From Cyanophyceae cyanobacterium (GTDB lineage Bacteria > Cyanobacteriota > Cyanobacteriia > Cyanobacteriales > Laspinemataceae): 64,000 nucleotides of DNA. Made by a program: the position numbers and the translations under genes. The stretch covers positions 26,875-90,874 of the forward strand of contig JBBQFN010000021.1 of the NCBI GenBank assembly GCA_038321985.1, read 5' to 3'. The notes under the pieces are model-generated. The model made no database searches. It saw only the letters and a list, made by a program, of their open reading frames with translations, and was not told the origin of the DNA. How positions within the stretch are numbered: the first letter of the stretch is position 1; every line of letters begins with the position of its first letter. Positions 49,877 through 60,011 of the stretch are shown here, in pieces.

Positions 49877-51286
49877 ATGAGCGAACAATCTAAATTAGAC
49901 TACCGTACAGAACGTGACTCAATGGGAGAACGGCAAATTCCCGCTGCTGCCTACTATGGCATCCAAACCCTGCGCGCCACCGAAAATTTTCCCATTAGTG
50001 GAATTAAACCCCTACCCACTTACCTCGATGCCTGTTTGCTGATCAAAAAAGCCACGGCGATCGCCAACGCGGAACTCGACTGTATTCCTTCGGATCTAAG
50101 CAAGGCGATCGTGCAAGCGGCAGATGAAATCCTCAATGGGGCATTACGGGATCAATTTGTGGTAGATGTTTACCAAGCGGGTGCCGGAACCTCTCACCAC
50201 ATGAATGTCAATGAAGTCCTGGCAAATCGTGCCCTAGAACTCCTCGGCGACAACAAAGGCAATTACCAGCGCGTTAGCCCTAACGATATGGTGAATTACG
50301 GACAATCCACCAATGATGTAATTCCCACCGCTATTCGAGTTGGGGGACTCCTGGCTTTGCAGCATAGTCTCTATCCTGCACTCACCGACGCGATCGCTGC
50401 TTTAGAACAAAAAGCTGTGGAATTTCAGGATATCGTCAAATCCGGCAGAACCCATCTGCAAGACGCCGTACCTGTCCGACTCGGGGAAAGTTTTCGCGCT
50501 TGGGCTTATATACTCAGTGAACACCGAATCCGGATCGAAACCGCAGGGAAAGAACTCACGGTACTCGGGATTGGCGGAAGTGCTGCCGGAACAGGTTTAA
50601 ATACTCATCCTCAATATCGCAGCCGTGTCGTGAGTATTCTGTCCGAGTTGATAGATATCCCACTCACTCCGACACCGCACTTGATGGCAGCCATGCAAAG
50701 TATGGCCCCCTTTGTCAGTGTCTCCGGTGCTTTACGCAACTTAGCCACCGATTGCTTGAAAATTTCCCATGATTTGCGGTTAATGGATTCGGGGCCCAAA
50801 ACTGGACTTAAGGAAATTCAATTACCCCCCGTCCAACCTGGATCCTCGATTATGCCTGGAAAATATAATCCTGTGATGGCAGAGATGACGTCGATGGTGT
50901 GTTTTCAGGTGATGGGATATGACAGTGCGATCGCTCTGGCCGCACAAGCAGGACAATTGGAACTGAATGTCATGATGCCCTTGATCGCCTATAACCTGAT
51001 TCACAGCATTGAAATTTTAGGTCATGCGATCGCCGCCCTTAGCGAGTTCTGTCTCCAGGGGATTACCTGCGATCGCAGTCGCTGTGAAAATTACGCCGAA
51101 GGTAGTTTAGCCCTCGTCACCGCCCTCAACCCCCACATCGGCTACCTCAACGCCGCATCCGTCGCCAAAGAATCCCTGGAAACAGGTAAATCTCTGCGTG
51201 AAATCGTCCTAGAAAGGGGCCTGATGACCTCAGAACAGTTAGCCGAGGTTTTGGACTTACAGAAAATGAGCGCCCTTCCTGATTAG
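49877..51286 (+). CDS. aspA: aspartate ammonia-lyase (aspartase / class II fumarase superfamily)
   Basis: RTERDSMG, YYGIQT, GRTHLQDA, GSSIMPGKYNP; start at MSEQ (49877). fumC cannot be excluded. Confidence 0.8.
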   Translation: MSEQSKLDYRTERDSMGERQIPAAAYYGIQTLRATENFPISGIKPLPTYLDACLLIKKATAIANAELDCIPSDLSKAIVQAADEILNGALRDQFVVDVYQAGAGTSHHMNVNEVLANRALELLGDNKGNYQRVSPNDMVNYGQSTNDVIPTAIRVGGLLALQHSLYPALTDAIAALEQKAVEFQDIVKSGRTHLQDAVPVRLGESFRAWAYILSEHRIRIETAGKELTVLGIGGSAAGTGLNTHPQYRSRVVSILSELIDIPLTPTPHLMAAMQSMAPFVSVSGALRNLATDCLKISHDLRLMDSGPKTGLKEIQLPPVQPGSSIMPGKYNPVMAEMTSMVCFQVMGYDSAIALAAQAGQLELNVMMPLIAYNLIHSIEILGHAIAALSEFCLQGITCDRSRCENYAEGSLALVTALNPHIGYLNAASVAKESLETGKSLREIVLERGLMTSEQLAEVLDLQKMSALPD

Positions 51287-51308
51287 ACTTTGAACGAGGC
51301 AATCGGGA

Positions 51309-51352
51309 AACGACAGCAAGTCAGGACGTTGAACTAACGACTTGCTGTCGTT
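51309..51352. repeat. inverted pair of the AACGACTTGCTGTCGTT repeat variant
   Basis: AACGACAGCAAGTC ... GACTTGCTGTCGTT just after the aspA stop. Confidence 0.7.
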
Positions 51353-51467
51353 CTCCACTCTTCTGTGAATAGAAAACCTATTCCATTAATGACAGCAACC
51401 TGTTAAATTAAGGAAAGGTGGCTGCATACCACCGAACTCAAAAAAATTATCAATATGGAGTGCAATT

Positions 51468-51788
51468 ATGGCGAGAGGTTCGTTTGCCACAATGCAAGCT
51501 CAAAGCAGCACAGAAGTGACGTTTTATTATGAAAACGGGCAAAGTGACTCATTCAAGGTTCCGGTTCCCGGACCCCAATTCCAGGAACAGTTACCGCAGT
51601 TGCTAGCCCAACCTTGGATCACATTCCATCTGGTAGATAGCACAGTCATCGTCTGTACAACCAAAATTATTAAGGTAGAATTGACTCCCCCCATTCCGGA
51701 AATGCAAGGACAAGGGGTGGTAAACAACGCCGAAAAAGTAACGACAATGCAACGGGGTGCGGCAGGACGATTACCCATGCATGAGTAA
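51468..51788 (+). CDS. hypothetical protein
   Basis: GGAG RBS, 106 aa, plausible beta-rich globular sequence. Confidence 0.7.
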   Translation: MARGSFATMQAQSSTEVTFYYENGQSDSFKVPVPGPQFQEQLPQLLAQPWITFHLVDSTVIVCTTKIIKVELTPPIPEMQGQGVVNNAEKVTTMQRGAAGRLPMHE

Positions 51789-51938
51789 CTGAATTTCTGA
51801 CCTGGGATGAGGGTAATTTGAGATTCACTTTTAGTCAATAAAGAGAATTTCCATTAATAATAAGCAGTTACTCAAAATTGTTTACTCCTCACCCGATCTT
51901 TTTTGCAAAAATTTAATACAACCCACTTTCTGGATATC

Positions 51939-52898
51939 ATGTCAATCGTTAGTTTAATTCGCGCTAATTCTTACGAAAAAACTGCCCTAAGACAGTCTAT
52001 AGAGACTTTATTAGAGCCTCTGGGTGGGATGGCCGCCATTGTCAAACCGGAGAATCGCGTTTTGCTTAAACCCAATTTGCTCACCGGGTCCCGTCCTACA
52101 AAAGAATGTGTCACTCGCCCAGAAATCGTCGCTTGTGTGGCGGAAATGGTCCTAGAAGTGGGAGGAAAACCTTTTTTAGGAGATAGTCCCGCCTTCGGCA
52201 GTGCGAAGGGGGTAGCTTTTGCCAATGGATATCAAGAAATCGTGAAAAGATTGAATCTTCCGATTGTCGAGTTTCATGGCAAGCGTTACCAAACTCAGGG
52301 CCATGAATTTAATCATTTGCGGTTGTCAAAAGAAGCAATGGAAGCTGATGTGGTGATTAATTTACCCAAGGTAAAATCCCACGTTCAATTAACCGTAACA
52401 ATGGGAGTTAAAAATTTATTTGGGTGTGTTCCAGGTAAAATGAAAGCATGGTGGCATTTGGAAGCGGGAAAGGATGTCAACCGCTTTGGAGAAATGCTGG
52501 TAGAAACTGCGAGGGCCATCTCTCCTAATTTAACTATTGTAGATGGAATTATTGGTCATGAAGGAAATGGGCCGAGTGGAGGAGAACCGCGATCGCTGGG
52601 ACTATTGGCGGCGTCTGAGGATGTCTTTGCCTGCGATCGCGCCTTGTTAGAAGTGCTTAATGTTCAACCCTACCTTGTACCCACCGTAGCCGCCTCCTTA
52701 AGGTTGGGCGTTTGTCCAGAATTAGAAGAGATTGAGTTCCCTTTGTTAAAGCCTGTAGACCTCAAAATTGAGGATTGGAAACTGCCAGAAGCGCTAGTTC
52801 CCATTGATTTTGGTGCACCTCGGGTTTTGAAATCTACGTTCCGGCATTTGTACATTCGGTTTATTAAGGAACCGATTAAATTATATGCAAATCGCTAG
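51939..52898 (+). CDS. DUF362 family protein
   Basis: VLLKPNLL, INLPKVKSH, GVKNLFG, GHEGNGP. Confidence 0.9.
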   Translation: MSIVSLIRANSYEKTALRQSIETLLEPLGGMAAIVKPENRVLLKPNLLTGSRPTKECVTRPEIVACVAEMVLEVGGKPFLGDSPAFGSAKGVAFANGYQEIVKRLNLPIVEFHGKRYQTQGHEFNHLRLSKEAMEADVVINLPKVKSHVQLTVTMGVKNLFGCVPGKMKAWWHLEAGKDVNRFGEMLVETARAISPNLTIVDGIIGHEGNGPSGGEPRSLGLLAASEDVFACDRALLEVLNVQPYLVPTVAASLRLGVCPELEEIEFPLLKPVDLKIEDWKLPEALVPIDFGAPRVLKSTFRHLYIRFIKEPIKLYANR

Positions 52899-52936
52899 CA
52901 TTAAAGCGCCTGTTCCAGATTAAATGTCTGGATAGA

Positions 52937-53003
52937 ATAAACCGGGTTTCTGTTGGTAATTGAGGCAAACTTAGACAGAATTGAAGTAAGAAACCCGGTT
53001 TCT
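52937..53003. repeat. AGAAACCGGGTTTCT-family doublet
   Basis: ATAAACCGGGTTTCT (52937) and AGAAACCCGGTTTCT (52989). Confidence 0.75.
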
Positions 53004-53024
53004 ACCCTTGATTGAATGGATGGC

Positions 53025-54425
53025 TTAGGCTTCTCCAATCAGGGTAAATGCAGCCCAGTTTTGGGGATTAGGATACTGTTCCATTGTAGTTAACATGGCG
53101 GTTCTTAGAGAGAGGGCTTTATCATCGGTTTTCCGGAACTGCTGATAAAATTCCTTCATAAAGTCTAGGTTTGGTGCAGCGGGGGGCAACCACAGAGAGA
53201 TCAGTAAACTGGGTACTCCCGCAGCAATAAAAGCCTGAGATAATTCAACGACGCCATCCCCCCAAATCCGACCCCTACCTGTATCGCAGCCACTCAAAAC
53301 CACGAGTTGAGCTTGGAGATTTAAGTGTAAAAGATGATTAATATTAAGTAAGCCATTATTGTTGGGACTCGGGGCCAGGGCGATCGCAGATTGCAATCCT
53401 TCGATATCATCGAGGAACACATGAGTAGCCAAATGAATAATATCGGCATGAAGCATTTTTTGGAGAATGGCTGTTTTGGTGGCCCGATCGCCGGTGATGG
53501 GTTGAGTGTCTAGGAACTTGGCGATCGCCTCCGCTTCTAGTTGAGTCCCGGGAATTTTTATTAACTCTACCGGAGGTTCTCCAAATTCCAAACAAATGCT
53601 TGGCATGGTAGGATTTCCCACCACGAGGCATTCTTGAGGAGATTCCCGATCAAAATTGCCCTGAAGACTGCTATTTTTTCCGCAAGTTTGAAGGGCTAGC
53701 TCTTTTTCACAAATTGGTTTTCGCTGTCGGTGAGTTACCGCTAATGCTTGAATCGAGGGGGCAGTTAGGAGAGTATATTTTTCAATCGTATATTGACCGT
53801 TTGAATCGATTAATGCCGCAAAGGGAACCAGGAATAAGAAGTCTTGGGGAATAATTGTGACCCGTTCTTGAGGGTGGGTTGGTAACAAATGGACGATAGG
53901 TTCGAGCAACAGGTGATAAAGTAACTGGAGGTGTTTACGACAAAGTAACCTTTCGCGATCGCTGTATCCTACATTAATTAATTCTCGCACCGTGCGAACA
54001 ACCCCCGCCAAAGATGTATTATCCTCGTACCATAACGATTGGAGGTCTACCTGGTGAAAGCTCAATTTTCCCAAGGGCGAGATTACCCAAATAAATAGTT
54101 CGGTTGCATAAGCATAAAGGGGATTTAATCCTATTTGCAACCGTGACCTTTCATAAAAATGCTGGTAATCATAAATCAGGGAATAATAAACTAAAGTCGA
54201 ATTTTGAGCTTTAGCGATTTGCTTAATTTGATCAATATTTGGGGGTTCCACCGATTTAGGGAACTTGGCATTCGGTCCTAATCGAGAGGCTAACAGATGC
54301 TCTAGCGCTTTTGCCCGTCCCTGCTCTGCCACTTCTAGGGCGGATTCAAGTCTGCGTTGAATGACTAAAATCCGTTCAAAACCTCGATAAATATCCGGTT
54401 GTCCCTCGTTTGCAAAAACGTTCAT
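53025..54425 (-). CDS. CHAT (caspase HetF-associated) domain protein without TPRs
   Basis: IIPQDFLFLVPFAAL, IHLATH, VVLSGCDTG, SLW, WAAFTLIG. Confidence 0.9.
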   Translation of the reverse strand: MNVFANEGQPDIYRGFERILVIQRRLESALEVAEQGRAKALEHLLASRLGPNAKFPKSVEPPNIDQIKQIAKAQNSTLVYYSLIYDYQHFYERSRLQIGLNPLYAYATELFIWVISPLGKLSFHQVDLQSLWYEDNTSLAGVVRTVRELINVGYSDRERLLCRKHLQLLYHLLLEPIVHLLPTHPQERVTIIPQDFLFLVPFAALIDSNGQYTIEKYTLLTAPSIQALAVTHRQRKPICEKELALQTCGKNSSLQGNFDRESPQECLVVGNPTMPSICLEFGEPPVELIKIPGTQLEAEAIAKFLDTQPITGDRATKTAILQKMLHADIIHLATHVFLDDIEGLQSAIALAPSPNNNGLLNINHLLHLNLQAQLVVLSGCDTGRGRIWGDGVVELSQAFIAAGVPSLLISLWLPPAAPNLDFMKEFYQQFRKTDDKALSLRTAMLTTMEQYPNPQNWAAFTLIGEA

Positions 54426-54698
54426 GCTTTGCCCCTAGATTCAGCATTCAGTGCGATCGCCTTGGCCGGGAGGAAACGCCTCGTTATTTTTAGGCGATCG
54501 CTTTAATCATACTCCATTCCGAGTTAGATGAATAGCTACTTTCCAGGCTTTTTTCCGAGTTTTTTGTTGCGTTTTGTTGCGCGATTCCTGACTTTTGGGG
54601 AGCAAGGTTAGGAGTGCGGGAATATTCGGGGTTGGTTATGGATTATGGGTTCAACCCCGAGACTTGAAACCCGCACCCTAGCCCCTTAACCCTTCACT

Positions 54699-55424
54699 TT
54701 ATGGGATCAGTGGGGGTTCCGGCGTGGACGGCCCAAAACTGGGTGGTGCAAGGGTTGGAGAAGGGCTAGGAACAGACAGGGGTTTTACAGATAGGGTATT
54801 AGCAACCAAAACATACCCTAAGTAAGCCGGTAAGATCATCGAGCTCACCGCAGCGATCGCACCCACCACATTCAGCCAGCCGGTAGCAGGTCCGTAATGA
54901 GAGCGATAGGGGTCGAAATTGATCCCCTCTTCCTTGAGCATCGTCCGCCATGCGACTGCCCGCTTAAACCGCACCCGGCGATCGTCCAGCTTTTCCAGAA
55001 GCGTCCAACCCGCCTGGAGTTCTTCCTCACACAACCCCTGAAAAATCTGGGGATCGCGAAACAGATCGAAATTCGCCCGCACAATTTTATACTCCCAGTC
55101 CCCAAGATGAGAATCCCTTGAGGACCCGACAGTTGCCTCGGGCAACGGGGGACGCAGCGCCCCCATGGGGGTGATGGGCTCATCCCGTTTAGCCGCAGTG
55201 GCTGAAAATTTTTCCCCACTCTTGCCGCCATTCAAAGGGAATGAAGCGGGGGGGTTTTCAATTTTTGTTAAATTCCGATGATTTTGATTATCCGTCACAA
55301 GTTCTTCCTCCTCCTGATCTTGTTGTCTCAAAAGCAGTTGTCGCCATCGTAACCATCCCCCGGCAACCACTGCTTCCATGCCGAGACTTCCCACCAATAC
55401 GCTCCACAAGACAATGACCTGCAT
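54699..55424 (-). CDS. hypothetical membrane protein
   Basis: N- and C-terminal TM segments around WEYKIVRA...GWTLLEKLDDRRVRFKR. Confidence 0.75.
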   Translation of the reverse strand: MQVIVLWSVLVGSLGMEAVVAGGWLRWRQLLLRQQDQEEEELVTDNQNHRNLTKIENPPASFPLNGGKSGEKFSATAAKRDEPITPMGALRPPLPEATVGSSRDSHLGDWEYKIVRANFDLFRDPQIFQGLCEEELQAGWTLLEKLDDRRVRFKRAVAWRTMLKEEGINFDPYRSHYGPATGWLNVVGAIAAVSSMILPAYLGYVLVANTLSVKPLSVPSPSPTLAPPSFGPSTPEPPLIP

Positions 55425-55632
55425 ATTTTTCCTTAACAAAGAGGGTGAGATGAAGAATAAAGGATCAAGAATCAAGGGGACAGTCTCACGGGACAAAGAT
55501 GAGCGGACCTATCAAATTTTAGGCCCGGTTAAAATTGCGCGATTCCCTCTCGAAATTTAACGCTTTATAAAACTCACAGGTCATAGCTGTTGACTTGAAA
55601 TTCCTAAAGAGTCCATCCTTTAGGCTTCCCCC

Positions 55633-56796
55633 TTATTCCTTTATTTTTAAATACCCTTCAACTAAACAGTCTGTTCCGATCGTCCGCCATGTTACCCGGT
55701 CTAACGTTAAGGCATCACCCATACTCGTTAAGCCCAAATTGCCAACGGGAGAGGGTGCAGACTGACCCCCGACAATTTTGGGAGCAATAAAAGCGAGAAT
55801 TTTTTGGACCGCGCCATCTGCGATCGCTCGCGCTGCCAAAAGTCCTCCACATTCCCACAGAACAGACAGCAACTCACGCTGATAGAGGTACTCCATCGCA
55901 GTCGCAGGGACTAACGGATCAATCTCTATGACTTCAACGCCTTTATTCAAAAGCCGCTGCTGCATATCCGGATTAGCGCCGGTCTGAGTCAGCACTAGGG
56001 TAGGTGCCTCGGAAACCTCCCACAGATGAGCTGACTCCGGCAAATCCAGGGTGCGAGTCATTACAACTCGCAAGGGGTTCTGAGTGCCGGTGTGGTGACT
56101 GGTGAGTTGCGGATTGTCCTGACGTACCGTATTTCCCCCCACAATGACGGCATCACAGACCGCACGCAGGGTATGCACCTCATGGCGAGCTTCTGGGCTG
56201 GTAATCCAGGTGCTGTGACCTGTGGTAGTGGCAATTTTGCCATCTAGGGTCATGGCATATTTTAAAATTCCAAAGGGACGATGGTAGATGACCCGATGGA
56301 GAAAGGCTTCATTCAGCTTGCGACAGGCTTTTTCTTCCACTCCGACAACCACTTCTATTCCTGCCGATCGCAGGCGATCGATCCCCCCACCAGAGACGCG
56401 GGGATCGGCGTCTACCATTCCTACAACTACTTTCGCTACTCCCGCAGCAATCAAGGCTTCAGAGCAAGGGGGCGTGCGACCGTAATGGTTGCAAGGTTCT
56501 AGGTTGACATAAATTGTGGCTCCCTGTGCCTGTTCCCCTGCTCCTTGCAGAGCAAAGACTTCAGCATGAGGGTGACCCGCGCCGGGATGAAAGCCTTCTG
56601 AGATAATTTTGCCCTCTTTGACAATAACCGAACCGACCAAGGGATTGGGTGCAGTCTTTCCTAATGCACGTTGAGCCAGATCGATACACCGACGCATCAT
56701 TGAGCGATCAAAGTCGCTAAAATCACTCTCGCCACTGGGGTGTGAGGGGGTGAAGTCTGGATTCGGGGGTTCTGGCGCTTGAGGGGTCACGGGCAA
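55633..56796 (-). CDS. ribD: bifunctional riboflavin deaminase/reductase
   Basis: PNPLVG, HAE, LEPCNHYGRTPPC, LDGKIA, WECGG. Confidence 0.96.
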   Translation of the reverse strand: MPVTPQAPEPPNPDFTPSHPSGESDFSDFDRSMMRRCIDLAQRALGKTAPNPLVGSVIVKEGKIISEGFHPGAGHPHAEVFALQGAGEQAQGATIYVNLEPCNHYGRTPPCSEALIAAGVAKVVVGMVDADPRVSGGGIDRLRSAGIEVVVGVEEKACRKLNEAFLHRVIYHRPFGILKYAMTLDGKIATTTGHSTWITSPEARHEVHTLRAVCDAVIVGGNTVRQDNPQLTSHHTGTQNPLRVVMTRTLDLPESAHLWEVSEAPTLVLTQTGANPDMQQRLLNKGVEVIEIDPLVPATAMEYLYQRELLSVLWECGGLLAARAIADGAVQKILAFIAPKIVGGQSAPSPVGNLGLTSMGDALTLDRVTWRTIGTDCLVEGYLKIKE

Positions 56797-56872
56797 TTTT
56801 TCCTTTTCCTGCTGTCACATGAAGCTTAACCCTGAGTTTATCTAAAAGACCGGCGTTCCAACAGCCACCGAG

Positions 56873-56963
56873 TCAGGACTTACGCTCCTGAATCCAGAAA
56901 CCCGGTCCCTGAGATAGAAATCTAAGTCGGGAAACCCTCTATTTTCGTAGAAACCCGGTTTCT
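56873..56963. repeat. AGAAACCCGGTTTCT doublet preceded by TCAGGACTTACGC (MITE-like)
   Basis: Copies at 56896 and 56949, 53 bp apart; a related inverted TGCGTAAGTTCTGA motif lies at about 28144. Confidence 0.65.
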
Positions 56964-57047
56964 TTGCCCTGACGTTCCCAGAGCGGCACAGTATAATCAA
57001 GTCGAAGCAAAGTTAAGTTATGTAAAGTTAAGGCTGCAAATTTTATC

Positions 57048-59072
57048 ATGGACATTCAAAAAAGTCAAGATATAAAACCAGCTAGGACCGGGCGATCGCC
57101 CCTAGGGGACAGAAAGAGGGCTAAACGGATTGGGCAATGGACGGCAATCACAGTGCTTCAGGTGTTGACCCTCCAAGCAAGTCCGGTCCCGTATGCGATC
57201 GCTCAGATTCCACCGCAACAATCTTATCAAGAGGCTTCAACCAAACCCGAACCCCTAGAAACCTCCCCAGAATCATCCGAAAACCGGCCAACAAAAGCCA
57301 ACCTATTCTCTCTTTTCCCCAATACTTGGCTATCACAAGAGTGGTTTTCCCAATATCTTAATCGTCCCGTCCGTCTGGATGGACGGTCACTATTCCCCGT
57401 GGCTGCCATTGAAATTTCAGGGGGGTCTCGGATAGAGGCGATCGAGCGGCAGCTACAGCAGTTGCTTGAAGAAACCAAATACCAACTTCAGCAAAATCAG
57501 CAGACACAGAACCCTGACGGAACCTATTCCGCCGATGAGATTACCACCTTCCTCAATCAAAACCTGCAAATTTACAATAATCTCCTCGGGGGTTTACCTG
57601 TCATTTATGCCCAGTGGGGGGAAGGATCCCCGCGAGAGATTAGACTCTTAAACGTGACCTCTGTAGACGCTGAACGCCTAGGGATGCCTCCAGAAATGGT
57701 AGCCGATCGCTGGCAGCAAGAGATTCGCCAAGGACTGGTGCGGGCCTTACTAGAGCGTCAACCCGCCTATTTCCGAAAACAGTTAGTTTGGGCCGTCTCG
57801 TTTGGGTTAACAATGCTGCTATCGAGCATAATCCTTGCCTACTATCAGAAACAGTTTAAACAGAAGCGTCAGCGAATCCTAGCCACCCCTTATCCCTTCC
57901 CCCAGAATATACCCCCGGACCCTCCAACCGAAATCGAGAACCCTGGGGAATCCGTCCCCGTCGCTGAATCGGAATCTATTCAAGTGCAGCAACAAGCCGA
58001 ATCGATGCGGGAGTTGCAGTACAAGATGAACCAACAGCAACAGCTCAATGTCAACGATATCGAACGACGTTTGGCGCAATTTGGGCAATTCCTGATTTGG
58101 GGAGGCGGAACCTATAGCATTTTGGGACTGTTTCCCTTAAGTCGGGGAGTCCAAATTCTGATCTTGTCTTTACTGCCGATTCCTTTACGGTTGCTAGCGG
58201 TGGGGTTGAGTACCTATGTTGGAGTAAGGCTGAGTGCGATCGCCATTGATCGGTTTTTTACCGTCTTGCAACAGGGTACCTTAGTAGACTTCAATGCATC
58301 TCGACGTTTGGCGTTGCGGTTTTCTACCTTTTCCGGGGTGTTTAAAAGTCTGACTGCCTTAGGTTGCGTCAGTATTGGCCTTTTGCTGACCCTATCGGTC
58401 ATCGGCCTAGATATCGCTCCTATTCTTGCGGGTGCAGGGATTATTGGCTTGGGTATTTCCTTGGCGTCTCAAAGTTTAATTAAAGACACGATTAATGGAT
58501 TTTTGATTTTGTTTGAAGACCAATATGCGATCGGAGATGTGATTCTCGTCGAAGATGTGGGGGGACTCGTAGAAAACATGAATCTCCGAATTACCCAACT
58601 TCGCAACGGGGAAGGACAACTCATTACCATTCCCAATGGTTCAATTTCTATTGTCCGTAATCTCTCAAAAGAGTGGGCGCGAGTGGATCTCACCCTCGAA
58701 GTCGCTTATCATAATAATGTTGATCGAGTCTTGCAAGTGTTGCAAGAATTATCTCTAGAGATGTACAAAGAACCCGAATGGCAGGAAAGTATGATTGATC
58801 CCCCGGAAGTTTTGGGGATTGATAATATTGATCATTCGGGAATTTTAATTCGGATTTGGATTAAAACCAAACCGCTACAACATTGGAAGGTGGGCCGGGA
58901 ATTTCGTCGCCGGATGAAGACACGGTTAGATGAAAGTGAAATAGCGATCGGGACTCCTCAGCAATCGGTGGTATTTCAGAGTTCTTTGGAACTGTTTAAA
59001 CCCGCTCGTCATGGCAACGGTAATCAGCCACCTAAGATCTTGATAGGAAATACGGATAGTGCTTCAGGTTAA
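57048..59072 (+). CDS. mechanosensitive ion channel MscS family protein with a large N-terminal region
   Basis: GAGIIGLGISLASQSLIKD, EDQYAIGD, LRITQLR, ITIPNG. Confidence 0.92.
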   Translation: MDIQKSQDIKPARTGRSPLGDRKRAKRIGQWTAITVLQVLTLQASPVPYAIAQIPPQQSYQEASTKPEPLETSPESSENRPTKANLFSLFPNTWLSQEWFSQYLNRPVRLDGRSLFPVAAIEISGGSRIEAIERQLQQLLEETKYQLQQNQQTQNPDGTYSADEITTFLNQNLQIYNNLLGGLPVIYAQWGEGSPREIRLLNVTSVDAERLGMPPEMVADRWQQEIRQGLVRALLERQPAYFRKQLVWAVSFGLTMLLSSIILAYYQKQFKQKRQRILATPYPFPQNIPPDPPTEIENPGESVPVAESESIQVQQQAESMRELQYKMNQQQQLNVNDIERRLAQFGQFLIWGGGTYSILGLFPLSRGVQILILSLLPIPLRLLAVGLSTYVGVRLSAIAIDRFFTVLQQGTLVDFNASRRLALRFSTFSGVFKSLTALGCVSIGLLLTLSVIGLDIAPILAGAGIIGLGISLASQSLIKDTINGFLILFEDQYAIGDVILVEDVGGLVENMNLRITQLRNGEGQLITIPNGSISIVRNLSKEWARVDLTLEVAYHNNVDRVLQVLQELSLEMYKEPEWQESMIDPPEVLGIDNIDHSGILIRIWIKTKPLQHWKVGREFRRRMKTRLDESEIAIGTPQQSVVFQSSLELFKPARHGNGNQPPKILIGNTDSASG

Positions 59073-59176
59073 TTCAGTTCTTTATTAATTGGGGGGCGAT
59101 CGCATCTAGAAAAGAATCAATCGCACAATCCCTTTTAAATTAGAACAGCACAAGCGGCGAACCATCTCTAAGCCAT

Positions 59177-59246
59177 TTGTACCTCTATCTACAGGAATCC
59201 CCCACCCTAGGAGCGGGTGGGGGATTCCTGTAGATAGAGAGTACAA
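59177..59246. terminator. 25-bp perfect inverted repeat between convergent genes
   Basis: 59183-59207 pairs perfectly with 59215-59239 around a 7-nt loop; extends 6 bp further past a 1-nt bulge. Confidence 0.75.
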
Positions 59247-59279
59247 GAACTGAACAGAGTAGGACAGGGGTTAGTTACT

Positions 59280-60011
59280 CTATTGACTTAAGTATTGGAT
59301 CAGGTCGTCAGACCCCCCAATGTGCTTACCATTGATGTAAACTTGGGGAACCGTTGTTGCCCCCGAAATGGCTCGCAAAGAACGGGTGGTGATATTGTCT
59401 TTCAAGACAATTTCTTCATACTCCAACCCATGTTCTTTTAGGGCTGCTTTAGCCCGAGCACAATAGGGACAACCTTCTTTCGTCAAGAGAGAAACACATT
59501 CGGGTTTCTTCGCTTCCGGGTTGATATACTTGAGCATTGTCTCCGCATCGGAAACTTCAAAGGGGTCTCCCTCAACCTCAGGTTCGATAAACATCTTTTC
59601 GATGGTTTTATCTTTCACTAACATCGAGTAGCGCCACGAACGCTTCCCAAACCCCAAATCTTCTTTATTGACCAGCATTCCCATTTTTTCGGTGAATTCG
59701 CCGTTGCCGTCAGGAATGAAGGTGATGTTATTCGCTTTTTGTTCTTTTTTCCATTCATTCATCACAAATGGGTCATTGACGGAAATGCAGAGAATTTCAT
59801 CAATGCCATTGGCCTCAAAGGTCGGGGCTAATTCATTGTAGCCCGGAACGTGAGTGGAGGAACAAGTCGGGGTAAATGCACCGGGTAGAGAAAAGACGAT
59901 GACTGTTTTCCCGGCAAATAAGTCGTTAGTGGTGAGCGTTACCCATTCTGAGTTTTCACGGGTTTTTAAGGTAACATCCGGGACTTGTTGCCCTTCATGA
60001 TTTGGTAACAC
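59280..60011 (-). CDS. hybrid peroxiredoxin-glutaredoxin (Prx5-Grx, PGdx type)
   Basis: [25 protein letters not shown]-terminal CPYC...TVPQV glutaredoxin; GTG start after a GGAG RBS. Confidence 0.94.
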   Translation of the reverse strand: MLPNHEGQQVPDVTLKTRENSEWVTLTTNDLFAGKTVIVFSLPGAFTPTCSSTHVPGYNELAPTFEANGIDEILCISVNDPFVMNEWKKEQKANNITFIPDGNGEFTEKMGMLVNKEDLGFGKRSWRYSMLVKDKTIEKMFIEPEVEGDPFEVSDAETMLKYINPEAKKPECVSLLTKEGCPYCARAKAALKEHGLEYEEIVLKDNITTRSLRAISGATTVPQVYINGKHIGGSDDLIQYLSQ

